64,000 nucleotides of DNA. It comes from Candidatus Poribacteria bacterium. GTDB lineage: Bacteria; Poribacteria; WGA-4E; PCPOR2b. Positions 51,086 to 61,500 of this stretch are shown piece after piece (within the stretch, counting starts at the first letter, position 1; each line of letters opens with the position of its first letter). The DNA lies in assembly GCA_965198175.1 (NCBI GenBank), contig OZ240245.1:1760001-1824000 (forward strand), read 5' to 3'. The notes under the pieces were generated by a model that was given only the letters and a program-made list of their open reading frames with translations, ran no database searches and was not told the DNA's origin. A program made the position numbers and the translations under genes.

Positions 51086-51898
51086 TTATAAGTATGCTGT
51101 AAGTGCGGCGAGGCTCTCCACTACAAGATTAGGCGAAATCTCGTCTGCCTGCTGGAGTGATTCGGGGGTTGTTTCACCGCTCAACACAAGTACCGTCATT
51201 AGATCGGCGTCGCAGCCCATTTTTATATCTGTATACAGCCTGTCGCCGATGATGGCAACGTATTTCGCTTCCAGATGCAGCCGCTTCAGCGCCATCTGGG
51301 CCATTAGCGGTTGAGGCTTACCGATGACGAGCGGATCGACATCAGTCGCAGTCGAAAGGAGAGCGGTCATCGCGCCACAATCCGGAATATAACCGTATTC
51401 AGTGGGGCAGACCTTATCCGGATGGGTTGCGACAAATGGAACTCCTTTCCGGATTAACAGTGTTGCAATCTCAAGCTTGCGATAATACAACGTTTTATCG
51501 AATCCAAGAACAACGCAATTCGGATCCTCGGGCGTCAGCAGAAATCCAAGTTTCTTTAGCTCATTTTCAAAACTAGGCGTCCCCAAAACAAATAACTTGG
51601 TATAACCCATTTGTGCAAGGTACATCGCCGTGGCATCGCCGGAGGTTAGGACATCTCCACCCTGTGCATCAATTCCAAGATGACGCAGCTTTTCCAAGTA
51701 GGTATTCGCGGACTCAGAAGAGTTATTCGTCAAGAACAGATAGCGCTTCCCCAGTTTCCGGACGGCTTCAAAAAATAGCGGTGCGCCTTGGATGGCGCTA
51801 TTCCCTACATATGTCGTGCCATCAAGATCAACGAGGAAGCCTTCAAGTTGGGCGAATCTATCTCGGATCTCTTCAGGCGGCGCTTGCGAAAATTTCAT
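51086..51898 (-). CDS. HAD-IIA family phosphatase/phosphotransferase (NagD-like)
   Basis: DLDGT, LTNNSS, GKP, GDRLYTDI, VLSGET. Confidence 0.92.
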   Translation of the reverse strand: MKFSQAPPEEIRDRFAQLEGFLVDLDGTTYVGNSAIQGAPLFFEAVRKLGKRYLFLTNNSSESANTYLEKLRHLGIDAQGGDVLTSGDATAMYLAQMGYTKLFVLGTPSFENELKKLGFLLTPEDPNCVVLGFDKTLYYRKLEIATLLIRKGVPFVATHPDKVCPTEYGYIPDCGAMTALLSTATDVDPLVIGKPQPLMAQMALKRLHLEAKYVAIIGDRLYTDIKMGCDADLMTVLVLSGETTPESLQQADEISPNLVVESLAALTAYL

Positions 51899-52601
51899 TA
51901 GCTAATGTCAAATCGGCGAAATTGTCAATCTCCACGCAACGATGCACTCCAATATCAAACGGTCTAAACTCGATGAGTTGTAAAGCTTCACTAATTGCAA
52001 CTTCGGTCCACAGATTTCTCTTACCCTCGTCAACGATGATTCGAGTTGCTATCTTTAATATCTCTCTGCATGTAAAAGGGCAAAACTTGTAGACGTCAAT
52101 CGAAACCCCATAAGCGCTGGAAGCAGAAACCGCTTTGCTCAGTTCAACGACTCTGTGCTGCGAATCGACGACAACTTTCATGGCTTCATCATCGTACCGA
52201 TTCGGTTGCACGCTTATGAGATTGCCCCATTCGGATTTCAGCAGCGATGATATAATTTCAGGTTCAAAAACAACATCTCCGTTACACAACAATACGGACG
52301 CCTCACCAAGATTTTCAGCCGCCATATAGAATGAATACATGTTGTTCGTGTTCGCATACTGCTCCTTGACTACGACCTTAACGACATCCGGGTAATTCTG
52401 GCAAAAACTGAGGACTTGATCGGACTTATATCCGGCAACCACAATGATTCTGCCGATTTCACAAGCGAGAAAAGCCTCAATCTGCCGTTGAAGGATTGGG
52501 ATTCCAGCGACCTGGACCAGGCATTTCGGTACGTTATTCGTCAACGGTCGTAATCTTGAACCGACACCAGCCGCTAAGATGATACCGATTGACGTTGACA
52601 T
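51873..52601 (-). CDS. Nucleotidyltransferase (LicC/phosphocholine cytidylyltransferase family)
   Basis: LAAGVGSRLRPLT..PK, TNNMYS, NGD, EIDN..DL. Confidence 0.88.
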   Translation of the reverse strand: MSTSIGIILAAGVGSRLRPLTNNVPKCLVQVAGIPILQRQIEAFLACEIGRIIVVAGYKSDQVLSFCQNYPDVVKVVVKEQYANTNNMYSFYMAAENLGEASVLLCNGDVVFEPEIISSLLKSEWGNLISVQPNRYDDEAMKVVVDSQHRVVELSKAVSASSAYGVSIDVYKFCPFTCREILKIATRIIVDEGKRNLWTEVAISEALQLIEFRPFDIGVHRCVEIDNFADLTLANEIFASAA

Positions 52602-52610
52602 ACCCGCCCC

Positions 52611-53624
52611 TTAATTTAATTCTTGGGCTTCCCCAGGATTCCAGATGGCTAGATACCCTTCTCGGGGCGGCAGCCCACTGTATAAAACTTGGTATAACTG
52701 GTCTACGATTGGCATTTCGACGTTCAATTCACCCTTCACTTCATAAAGGGCTTTCGCCGTCCGAATCCCTTCAGCAACACGACCGTTCAGCGCGGCTTCT
52801 GCCTCCTCGAGCGTCATACCGCGCCCCAAGTTTTCACCCAACGTCCGATTTCGACTATGGGGACTCAGACAAGTCGCCATTAGGTCACCGATGCCGGACA
52901 ATCCGAAGAATGTATCCGGATTTGCGCCCATCATCGTGCCGACCTTAATCATCTCTCTTAGCCCCCTTGTAATAATCGCCGCCTTTGTGTTGACGCCGAA
53001 GCCGAGACCGTCACCGATTCCCGCCATGATTGCAACAATGTTCTTTAACGCCCCTCCTAACTCTGTACCCACCATATCCGGGTTTTCATAGACCTTCAAA
53101 TGCGGGGTCGAAAACAAATCCCTGAGTATACCGAGGTATCGATAATTATTGCACGACACGACGGTCTTGGAAGGGATCTGCCGGACGATTTCATAGGCGA
53201 TGTTCGGACCTGAGAGCGTCGCAATCGGATGATTCCCGTTAGTTTCCTGCTGCATAATTTCGGAACAGCGCAGCCCCGTACACTCTTCAATACCTTTCGC
53301 GAGGTTTAGTAGGATGACCTCTTCTTTAAGGTCGGGTTGTGTCTGTTGAACGACAGCGCGCAAGGATTGGGCGGGTATGGCGTAAATAATTAGTCCCGCA
53401 TTATGAATGCCTTCTGATAGGCTGTGGGCAGCGTGCAGATTCGGACTCAATGAAATTCCGGGGAGATACTTCGGATTATTCTTATGGTCGGCAATGTGAC
53501 GTGTCAGCCACTCCTCACGCGCCCAAATAGAGACCGCTAACCCCTTTTCAGCAAGCAGATTTGCGACCGTTGTTCCCCAAGCACCGCCCCCGGCGACAAA
53601 AATCTTTTGGATGATTGAGGACAT
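52611..53624 (-). CDS. gpsA: NAD(P)H-dependent glycerol-3-phosphate dehydrogenase
   Basis: GGGAWGT, KGIE, SGPN, GGALKN, GIGDL..T...SRN. Confidence 0.95.
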   Translation of the reverse strand: MSSIIQKIFVAGGGAWGTTVANLLAEKGLAVSIWAREEWLTRHIADHKNNPKYLPGISLSPNLHAAHSLSEGIHNAGLIIYAIPAQSLRAVVQQTQPDLKEEVILLNLAKGIEECTGLRCSEIMQQETNGNHPIATLSGPNIAYEIVRQIPSKTVVSCNNYRYLGILRDLFSTPHLKVYENPDMVGTELGGALKNIVAIMAGIGDGLGFGVNTKAAIITRGLREMIKVGTMMGANPDTFFGLSGIGDLMATCLSPHSRNRTLGENLGRGMTLEEAEAALNGRVAEGIRTAKALYEVKGELNVEMPIVDQLYQVLYSGLPPREGYLAIWNPGEAQELN

Positions 53625-53687
53625 AATCGCAACCTTCTCGTCTGTCAGAATATGGTATTAAACACCCTTCAAATTACCGACGCAATC

Positions 53688-54149
53688 TCACTCCAATCGC
53701 GTGGGGACCAGTTCGATCAGATTTTTGAAGGGGTCGAAACAGAAGACTGGTACTCCTTGATACATCCTCATCCATCCGTCAATCATGTTTCGTGAGAGTT
53801 CATCGTCAGGTTCAACACGATTGGGACCGAAGAGTATTTCGATACCGTTCTCTTCCAAACGGGCTTCAAGACCGTCCCAATCGGAAACTGCCAGGGCTAC
53901 ATGGCGATGGATGTGGCGTCGGGTAATGTCTGAAACGCCGCCAATATCTATGAACAGGTCTTCATAGTAGAGGGGACGTGAAGCGATGATGATATGAATC
54001 TCCTGGTTCCCGGAAGTGTAGAACAGTCCGGGAAACTTGAAACTGGGACGCGCTTTTTCTTTAAGCCCCAAGACTTCACCATAAAACCAAGCGGCACGCT
54101 CCTCATCATCCACAAGAAGTGTTGCGTGATGGATTCCGGTAACCTTCAT
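53688..54149 (-). CDS. VOC/glyoxalase family protein
   Basis: IHHATLLV, FYGEVLGL, HVAL, DPFKNLIEL. Confidence 0.85.
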   Translation of the reverse strand: MKVTGIHHATLLVDDEERAAWFYGEVLGLKEKARPSFKFPGLFYTSGNQEIHIIIASRPLYYEDLFIDIGGVSDITRRHIHRHVALAVSDWDGLEARLEENGIEILFGPNRVEPDDELSRNMIDGWMRMYQGVPVFCFDPFKNLIELVPTRLE

Positions 54150-54254
54150 TTCATGCTTCCTTTCGCGTTGCTAAGTTCTATACACTGAACTTTCCGCGGT
54201 GTGATCGGTTTTGTCAGGCAGGTAGACCCTAGCGCTTTTCGATTTGGGGCAATG

Positions 54255-54659
54255 TCAAGCTACTCCGGTGTCTTCATACACTTGCATGACTTCGGTTCTG
54301 ATGCCGTCGGGGGCTTCAAAAAATGCGAACTTCCGTTTGCCGAAGTCGCTCGTAATGACCATGGGACCCATGATGAATTTCACACCGGATTCACGCAGTT
54401 TCGCTATTTCGGCTTCAAAGTCGTCTGTTTCGTAGACGACGTGCAAAAAGCCCAGCGGCAAGTTCAGACCGAGGTCATCTTCATAGGGGGCTTTGTCGAA
54501 CAGAATAATCCGCGTCTCGCCCATCCGAATGAGCGTATATTGGCAACCCAAGACTTCACTTTTTATACGCACTTCGGCGCCCATGTAGCGCGTGTAGAAT
54601 GCCGTCGTTTCCTCGATATTTTCGACTTTGACTCCGTAGTTCCACATTCCTTTTATCAT
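54255..54659 (-). CDS. VOC/glyoxalase family protein
   Basis: FYTRYMG, LHVVYETDD, FFEAPDGIRTEV. Confidence 0.85.
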   Translation of the reverse strand: MIKGMWNYGVKVENIEETTAFYTRYMGAEVRIKSEVLGCQYTLIRMGETRIILFDKAPYEDDLGLNLPLGFLHVVYETDDFEAEIAKLRESGVKFIMGPMVITSDFGKRKFAFFEAPDGIRTEVMQVYEDTGVA

Positions 54660-55101
54660 CTATTTTTCGCGGTAGGGATATTGTCCAGATCACTTCTTTC
54701 ACTAGGTTCGGACACGATCGGGACAGGGTGGAAACCGCACCTCCTCGCTTCGTTAAATTATACAGCAGTTATGCTTCTATTATATCTAACTCCATATGGG
54801 AACGCAAACGTTAAAACAGTTTCACGAGCGCGGCGTTCTTTTCCGCAGCCACCGCCAGCCGCGCGAAATGAATCTGAGCCTGCCCCGCATGTATCTTAGC
54901 TGTCCGCCCAATCTGGTCAACCTCCGGCTTGAGACGACCCACCAGAGCAACCGGCCCAGCCTCCGCCTTTTCAGGTTGTTCAGAACCCTTAGCAGAAAGG
55001 TTATCGTATTGAGAATTTTCAATGTTCGCCATAACATGGTAATGACCGTATTTTAACTTTGCAGGCAGCACGCCAGATTGGTATAGAGCGTAAGCGATGT
55101 G

Positions 55102-55896
55102 CTATTGCACTTTCAGGTTGCCCCAGGTAGTGGCGAGTTTTCCATGAGATTGAACGGCGAGGACATGTGCCAAACCGCCTTTGAAGTGAGATTGAATTTC
55201 ATCGTCGGTAAAAGCCCGCCGCGCGATTAGGACTTCGTCGATAATGCCGTCCATGGCAATGGGACCTTCAGCCCATCCGACCGTCAAAGGCGCTTCAATG
55301 ACTGGTGGAATCACCAAGTCATCGGACGCCATGCTATGCGGTTTGCCATCAATATAGAAAATGTAGTCGTCGCCCTCCCTCACGACAGCGACCTGATACC
55401 ACCGGTTCGGTGCGGGCTTGGGTTCCCACAACTTCGAATCAAGTTGCGCAGCGCGCGCGGGTGCGCTGTTATATGCCACGAAATTCAATTTCGTACTTTG
55501 GGCTTTGTTGTACCGAAAAATCCACTTGTTTTTCGACCCGCCACCTTCATCTTGACCGAGAAACCCGTGTTGTTGGACGCTTGTCTCCGCCATGTTCACC
55601 CAGGCGGCAATCGTGAAGTCTGTGTCGAACAGACTCAGACTCTCATCCTGTCCGGCATCCACAAAGCTGACCGGCTCGAACCGCAGCGCACTGCCAAACT
55701 TTCCATCCGCCCATGTAACATTCCCGTTGAACGTGCCGTGATTTTCGTGAGGGGAGAGGTCTTTAGTGTCCTCGCCGGCGCCTTCCTCAAATGGCATCGC
55801 AAGTACCACATCTTTGTCAACCGCGGCTGCGGCTTTTTCAAAAGAGAATACCACAATCAAAACGGTTGTCAGCAAAGTCAGAACCAGTGTTTTCAT
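55102..55896 (-). CDS. Exported LamG/concanavalin A-like protein with Poribacteria-type C-terminal motif
   Basis: Signal peptide MKTLVL (RBS AAGGAG); GKFGSAL, WYQVAVV, GIIDEV; ends LAVQSHGKLATTWGNLK. Confidence 0.88.
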   Translation of the reverse strand: MKTLVLTLLTTVLIVVFSFEKAAAAVDKDVVLAMPFEEGAGEDTKDLSPHENHGTFNGNVTWADGKFGSALRFEPVSFVDAGQDESLSLFDTDFTIAAWVNMAETSVQQHGFLGQDEGGGSKNKWIFRYNKAQSTKLNFVAYNSAPARAAQLDSKLWEPKPAPNRWYQVAVVREGDDYIFYIDGKPHSMASDDLVIPPVIEAPLTVGWAEGPIAMDGIIDEVLIARRAFTDDEIQSHFKGGLAHVLAVQSHGKLATTWGNLKVQ

Positions 55897-56053
55897 TTTT
55901 GTTCTCCTTTCAGCTTGGAACTGTCTGCGTTGTCGCTGAAACATAAAAGCACGTAAGTTCGGATGAACGGCACCCACCGAAAACACCTAGTGCGGCATCT
56001 ATCTTTCACAGTTCGGCAACGCTTGAAATTTCTCAGATTTTGGAAACGCAACG

Positions 56054-56115
56054 GTTAATCGTGTCGTGTTTCACTGGGCGTCTGCGGGATTTCTATCGCA
56101 GTCGCTGTTCGCTCA
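56054..56115 (+). repeat. 62-bp direct repeat, copy 1 (copy 2 at 57409-57470)
   Basis: GTTAATCGTGTCG(T/G)GTTTCACTGGGCGTCTGCGGGATTTCTATCGCAGTCGCTGTTCGCTCA; one mismatch between copies. Confidence 0.9.
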
Positions 56116-56313
56116 CTATTCGGTCGGTTGAACGCTCCTTATCCAGTCGGTTGATCGCTCAACTCAACCTACTACTAGGCAATTTTTTTTGCGATTTATT
56201 GACATGCTTCACCAGTGGACGTACGTTTACAGGCGGAGGACAACTTCAGCAGTGGCACCGGTACATCTCCGCCGGCGATGAGTAGGGCGTTAAGCATAGG
56301 CTCTGGGACAAGC

Positions 56314-56697
56314 TTAATAAAAACATTCAAAACCGCGCAGTTCCAGATAATCTTCTGATGACTCATACTCTACAGAAAAATAGACGGGACGAAATTTCAG
56401 ATTTATCTCCAGATCGATTTCAGCTAACCGTTCGATCCGATCTACAGAATATTCTGAAAGCACGATAACCACGTTGGCGTATTCCGGGGCAGAGATGTTA
56501 ATGTAACCTTCTTGCACATAAGGGATTTCTTCCAATTTTTCTTTATAGAGTTGTTTCAGTTCTTGCCAAGCCGCGGGTTCAACTTCTTCGATAATTCTTT
56601 TCAGGAACGTATATTCCTGAGACGTAGGAGCACTTTCCCCCAACTGTTCATAACGGGAGACAATTTTCGCGCACAAGTTTGACTTTGCCTCTTTCAC
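56314..56697 (-). CDS. Hypothetical acidic protein
   Basis: 127-aa ORF with protein-like composition; weak resemblance to minimal nucleotidyltransferase-like folds. Confidence 0.5.
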   Translation of the reverse strand: MKEAKSNLCAKIVSRYEQLGESAPTSQEYTFLKRIIEEVEPAAWQELKQLYKEKLEEIPYVQEGYINISAPEYANVVIVLSEYSVDRIERLAEIDLEINLKFRPVYFSVEYESSEDYLELRGFECFY

Positions 56698-56718
56698 GCT
56701 TGCGCCTGTACCGCATCG

Positions 56719-56901
56719 TTAAACGTCATCATAGGTAGCGGTCGCAGCATCCTCCGCCCTTTCGATTGTGATTGGAATTGGATGTCGTAAGTGGTAGGCG
56801 TAATTTCGAAGATTTTGGATCCAACGTCTTTCAGGAAGCTGGCGAAATTCTGAACGAATTATTTCTCTAACTTGCTCAAGCTCAAACTCCTCAAGTGCCA
56901 C
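56719..56901 (-). CDS. Small hypothetical protein
   Basis: GTG start with strong AGGAGG RBS; contains RNYAYH. Confidence 0.45.
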   Translation of the reverse strand: MALEEFELEQVREIIRSEFRQLPERRWIQNLRNYAYHLRHPIPITIERAEDAATATYDDV

Positions 56902-57054
56902 GGTTTCCTCCTAACTGTCATCAATAAAATCATCCTCAAAAGTATAATAAACAACCGATTCAACAACAATTCAATAACAACCACGGCGCTTTTAACTTAG
57001 AGCGCCTGTAGGGTGTGCCGACCCCGGCGGGAGACAGGACCGAGAATGAGTTTC

Positions 57055-57402
57055 TGTAGGTTGGGTAGAGCGGATAATTCCAAAACGGTTCAGGTAGCAA
57101 TTAACCGTTTCGAATTTTTAATGATGCTGCTGTCAATACACGCAGTGCGAAACCCAACGTTTTTATAACCTCCGGCAACCCTGGCAAATTTCGAATACAA
57201 TACATCGCTCCGAATTCCAAATACTCTCATTGTTTTTCATTGTTCCCATCGTTCTGGTGTTGGCGTTTGCCGGTTGGCTATCTGGACGTTTCAAAAACGT
57301 TGGGTTTCGCTCCACCTTAACATTTACCAAACAGTCTCAAACGTATGTACTGCATACGAAATACTACGCATGATTCACCATATCCGCTCTACCCAACCTA
57401 CA
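57055..57402. repeat. Inverted pair of GTAG-type REP-like elements (57055-57164 and 57293-57402)
   Basis: TGTAGGTTGGGTAGAGCGGATA-N70-GCGAAACCCAACGTTTTT and its reverse-complement arrangement. Confidence 0.85.
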
Positions 57403-57408
57403 AATACT

Positions 57409-57657
57409 GTTAATCGTGTCGGGTTTCACTGGGCGTCTGCGGGATTTCTATCGCAGTCGCTGTTCGCTCATTTGATCTTCAGGAAAACTATCGCCCTCGT
57501 TATTCACTCGGTTGATCTCTACCCAAGTTACTATAGCTTCGCAATGACAGACGAGAAAAGCGTTGGGTTACGGAGAAGACTATCGCCCAAGTTCTCTATC
57601 GCGTTCCTACTCGGTCGCTTGATCTATTCGCTCCCTTGATCGCTCAACCCAACCTAC
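57409..57657. repeat. Mosaic REP-like repeats including copy 2 of the 62-bp repeat
   Basis: Units ending CTACCCAAGTTAC and CAACCCAACCTAC; share AAAACTATCGCC and AATGACAGAC..AAAAGCGTTGGGTT with 61968-62048. Confidence 0.75.
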
Positions 57658-57669
57658 GAGGACTCGCTA

Positions 57670-58521
57670 CTACTGTTCCTTATTTTCATCCTTCGGTAAA
57701 TATTGACTCCATTGGCTCTTCACGTATTCGTAGAAACCGTCCACAGGCTTACTGCCGCATATCGGGGCAAGTTCCTGTCCGATTTTTGTAAGAACTACCT
57801 TTCCAATCGCTAGCTCGTTACGAGTATCCTTGGGAAACTCCAAGAACAGTGGTTTACTATAGTAGTGCACAACAAGTCTTTCGGGCAAATCGTAACGACC
57901 GAAACCAGAAGCGCCAGCAGATTGAATTAGTCCAATACTCTCAAGGTGAATCAGGGAATTGAGGTTAATTCCGTGTTTGGTGTAAATTTCCGCCTTCTCA
58001 TCAAACACCAAAGGCACAACATTTCCTATCATCCAACGAAATCCACAGAGCTTAGTGAATAGTTCAGCATCGCTCTTGTCAAACCCTGCAATAAGATTAA
58101 CGGTCCGCTTTGAGTAGGTACCAGGAGTATTCGCTTCGCCTGCCAATACGCGTGACCACAGGCTCTGCATATCGTTGTCATATACTATCCGAGATTTATT
58201 AAAGAAGTTGGATATCCAGTCGTCATCCATGGCGTCGGGTATTGCTTCTTCTTTCAAATGAGGAACTGCTTTAGCGATAATGTCCTCCATGTTCTTTTGG
58301 TGACGCTCATCTTCTTCAATACGCCGTTGTGCAGCTCGTTGACGCAAATCAGTTGTTTCAATCTCAAATTGTGCTTTTATTTTTGCGGCGTCAGCTTCCG
58401 CCCGAGCAACTCTTTTAATCTGCCAGGGCGCAACGGTGCCACCGATGCCGTTCGCTATTTTCTTGACCAGGGTATCAACAGGCTTCGATAGTTTACCCAA
58501 GTTCACAATAGAATTTGGCAT
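57670..58521 (-). CDS. DUF2806-like protein
   Basis: HQKNMEDI, DDDWISNFF, MQSLWSRVLAGE...PG.YSKRT; RBS AAGGAGG. Confidence 0.8.
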   Translation of the reverse strand: MPNSIVNLGKLSKPVDTLVKKIANGIGGTVAPWQIKRVARAEADAAKIKAQFEIETTDLRQRAAQRRIEEDERHQKNMEDIIAKAVPHLKEEAIPDAMDDDWISNFFNKSRIVYDNDMQSLWSRVLAGEANTPGTYSKRTVNLIAGFDKSDAELFTKLCGFRWMIGNVVPLVFDEKAEIYTKHGINLNSLIHLESIGLIQSAGASGFGRYDLPERLVVHYYSKPLFLEFPKDTRNELAIGKVVLTKIGQELAPICGSKPVDGFYEYVKSQWSQYLPKDENKEQ

Positions 58522-58540
58522 TGCTGAGCATCCTCCTTAT

Positions 58541-61500
58541 CTATTCTAATTCTAAACCCGGCAGACCATCCACGATGTTGACGGTTTCTAGGCTGACGGT
58601 GATTACTTTGGCGAGGAGTTTGACGATGTATTGGGGGTCGTCGTCGCGGTTGGGGTCGTTGACAATGCCGCTGCGTTTGTCCGTCTTGAGGCGATACTGG
58701 TCAATCACCCATTCCAACGCCGATCGATTGCCAAGCCGATAGTCAAACGCCTTTGCGGGTATCCCGTCGAGGGTTAGGAAGTCGTTGTATTTTATTTGTG
58801 TTTTGTCTTTGGACAACTTCATCATTTCGACGCGCCAATTGAGCTGTGTATCCGGTGTTTCAATGTAGGTGAGCGGATATTCGCCAACGTCTTCATAGCC
58901 GACGTGGATTTCCCCCAAGCGTTTACCCGCTTTGGCGAACCCCCAGAAGTCGGGTGCATAGGGAAGGCGCGGCAGGTCACGTTTTAGGTTCGCAGCATAC
59001 CGCTCCCGATATTCCGGGTGGTGGAGTAGACCGTAGACGTAATGGAAGATGTCCAACTTGCCGATAGTATCGTCTCGGTAATGTGACCGGAATTGTGCCA
59101 ACGCCCAATGAGTGATATTCTCCCGGCGGTTCATTCCATCCTCGTCGTAGGTGTAGAAGGGGAAGCATTGGGCTTTTTCAAACGCTAAATCAAAGGCGGT
59201 AATCCTGTTTGTTGTAAAACATCCGAAGCCTTTTCTATCACCAACGCCAGCAACACAAATCACCCGATTCTCTGTTTCCGTCTCCAGCGTTGGGAAAATG
59301 GATGGAAATACGAGCACCCGATCGTTTGTCATTCTATCAAAGTAGAGGTTCGATTTCACAAACGGGCGATAAAAGGATTGTCTGATTATTGCTTCTGAAA
59401 ACTCCGTAATTTGCCCGCTTTTTAAATTCTGTTTTAAGCCCGAACTCCACTTGATTCTCGTGTCATCGTAAATCACGAAGTCATCAACTGTTGCCTCCCG
59501 ATTTCCTTGACGTTTCCACCTATCAACCTCCTCGTTGAAAACTCCGATCATCCCGCTCATAGTTTCAGCCAGCGCCTTTCGGTTGAAGTTGTATACCCAC
59601 GCATCTCGGTTGGTTTTGACACCACCGCTATAAATCTTAAAAATCACTTCACCTGCATCACTATTTGCCGCCTTCGCTTCCTTAGTTCCCATCGGAATAA
59701 GGGTCTCAAATTCGGCGTGGAGTCCTTCGGCGAGCCACGTATATCGTTCGTCAGGTTGAACGGTCTGCCACGTTATATTGCCGATGTGTCCGCGTTCATT
59801 TAGAAAATCGAATTTCTGTTTTTTGTTCCATCGATCGTCGGTGCGATAGCAAAAGATGCGGGCTGCACCACAGGATTCGTCTTCGGTTGTAGCCGCAGTT
59901 ACAGGTCCGGTTTTCACAAATAGGTTGATGCTCACGCCGACCCGTATCCCGAACACATTGGCATCCGATACGTACAATCCCTTCCGCGCATTCCCGCCCA
60001 TGTCCAGAATGTAAATCGCGTCGAAATCGTCCGCGAGGTGTTTCCTCATCCCGTCAAACGCCACACCGTCAAGAAAGCTGTTGTTGGTCACAAAGGCGAC
60101 AATCCCCTCCTCACCAATTCGATTCGATGCCCACCGAATAGTCTTGACATACGGATCCGCCAATGCCTTTTTGTTCCTCGCCTTGGAATCTTTCCCATAG
60201 GTCTTAGCCACGTGTGCAGCCATTGTCTCATAATTCCGGTTTTTGTTGTTGTCGTTCTCGTTGACCTGACCCACGTTATATGGCGGATTGCCGATAACCA
60301 CAAACATCGGCGTCACTTTCTGACTCTCAACGCGACGGGTGTTCTCCTCGGCAAACAGAGATTGATAGTCGTCCGGGTCTTCCACCAACTCAAAAGTATC
60401 AACGAAGCAGGTACCCTCAAAGGGACGATATGCCCCCGTCGCTTCGTAAAAATAATGCTCGATGTTCATCGACGCGATGTAGTAGGGCAGCAGCATCACC
60501 TCGTTGCAGTGGAGTTCGGACTGATATTTGTCTGCCAGTGCAGTCTTCTGAATCTCGCGCATAACTCGCACGATGAAATTACCGGTTCCCACAAACGGGT
60601 CGATGATGTGAACGCCAGAATCGGAGAGAGATCGATTGAATTCGGTCTTTAGTATCTGATCGACGCTTTTCACCATAAAGTCGACAATCGGTTGCGGTGT
60701 GTAGACAATTCCGTGCGTGTCTGCAACCTTCACCGAAAACCCCTGAAAAAACTGCTCGTAAACCGTGTTGAGAAAACCCTGTTTTTGGGAGAAGTCGCTG
60801 ATTGTCGCAGCGGTGCGTTCGATTGCGATGTAAAAGTGATCGAGGCTACGAAGAAAACTGTCGCGGCTAAACGACTGCGAGGTGAGGGCATCAATCACTT
60901 TTTCGATTTCATAGGCGATGACGTTGCGGCGGGCGAAGTCGGGGTTATCGAAGACGGTGCGGAAGATGCGTTCGGTCAGAAGGTGCTGAATTAGCATCTC
61001 CTCGACTGCGGCTTCGGCGAGGTTGGGGTTGATTGCTTGACGACATTTCTCATGGAATTCGGCAAAGGCGACCTTAAACTGAGGACTGATCTCCCGTTCC
61101 GTTTGTATGAGGGACGCCAAGCTGTCTCCGAGTGCAGGCACAACCGCTTTGAACTGCGCGACCGCATCCTCCCATTCGGCGTATTCCTGCGGACGGTGGG
61201 AAAAGAAGGTTTCGAGCGTCCCTATCAGTTCGGTAGGGTTGGTCAGGTTAACATCGAGCACCTGCTGGGTGTTTTGCCAAAGGATGGCGCGATGCGGGGT
61301 TTGGAAGAGGATGTTGTCGCAGGGGTAGCCCGCCTCAAATTTCTGCTGTACTTGGGTTGGTAGGTCGTCGTGGATGTCCTTCGCTTCCCAATAGCCATGC
61401 GGCAGCCGGAAATCGTCAATCAACGCGCCGTCAACGGCAATCCGCTTGTTACGAGGGGCATTCATCGAATGCTCAGGCACGAGAGTCCATTTTAACTTCT

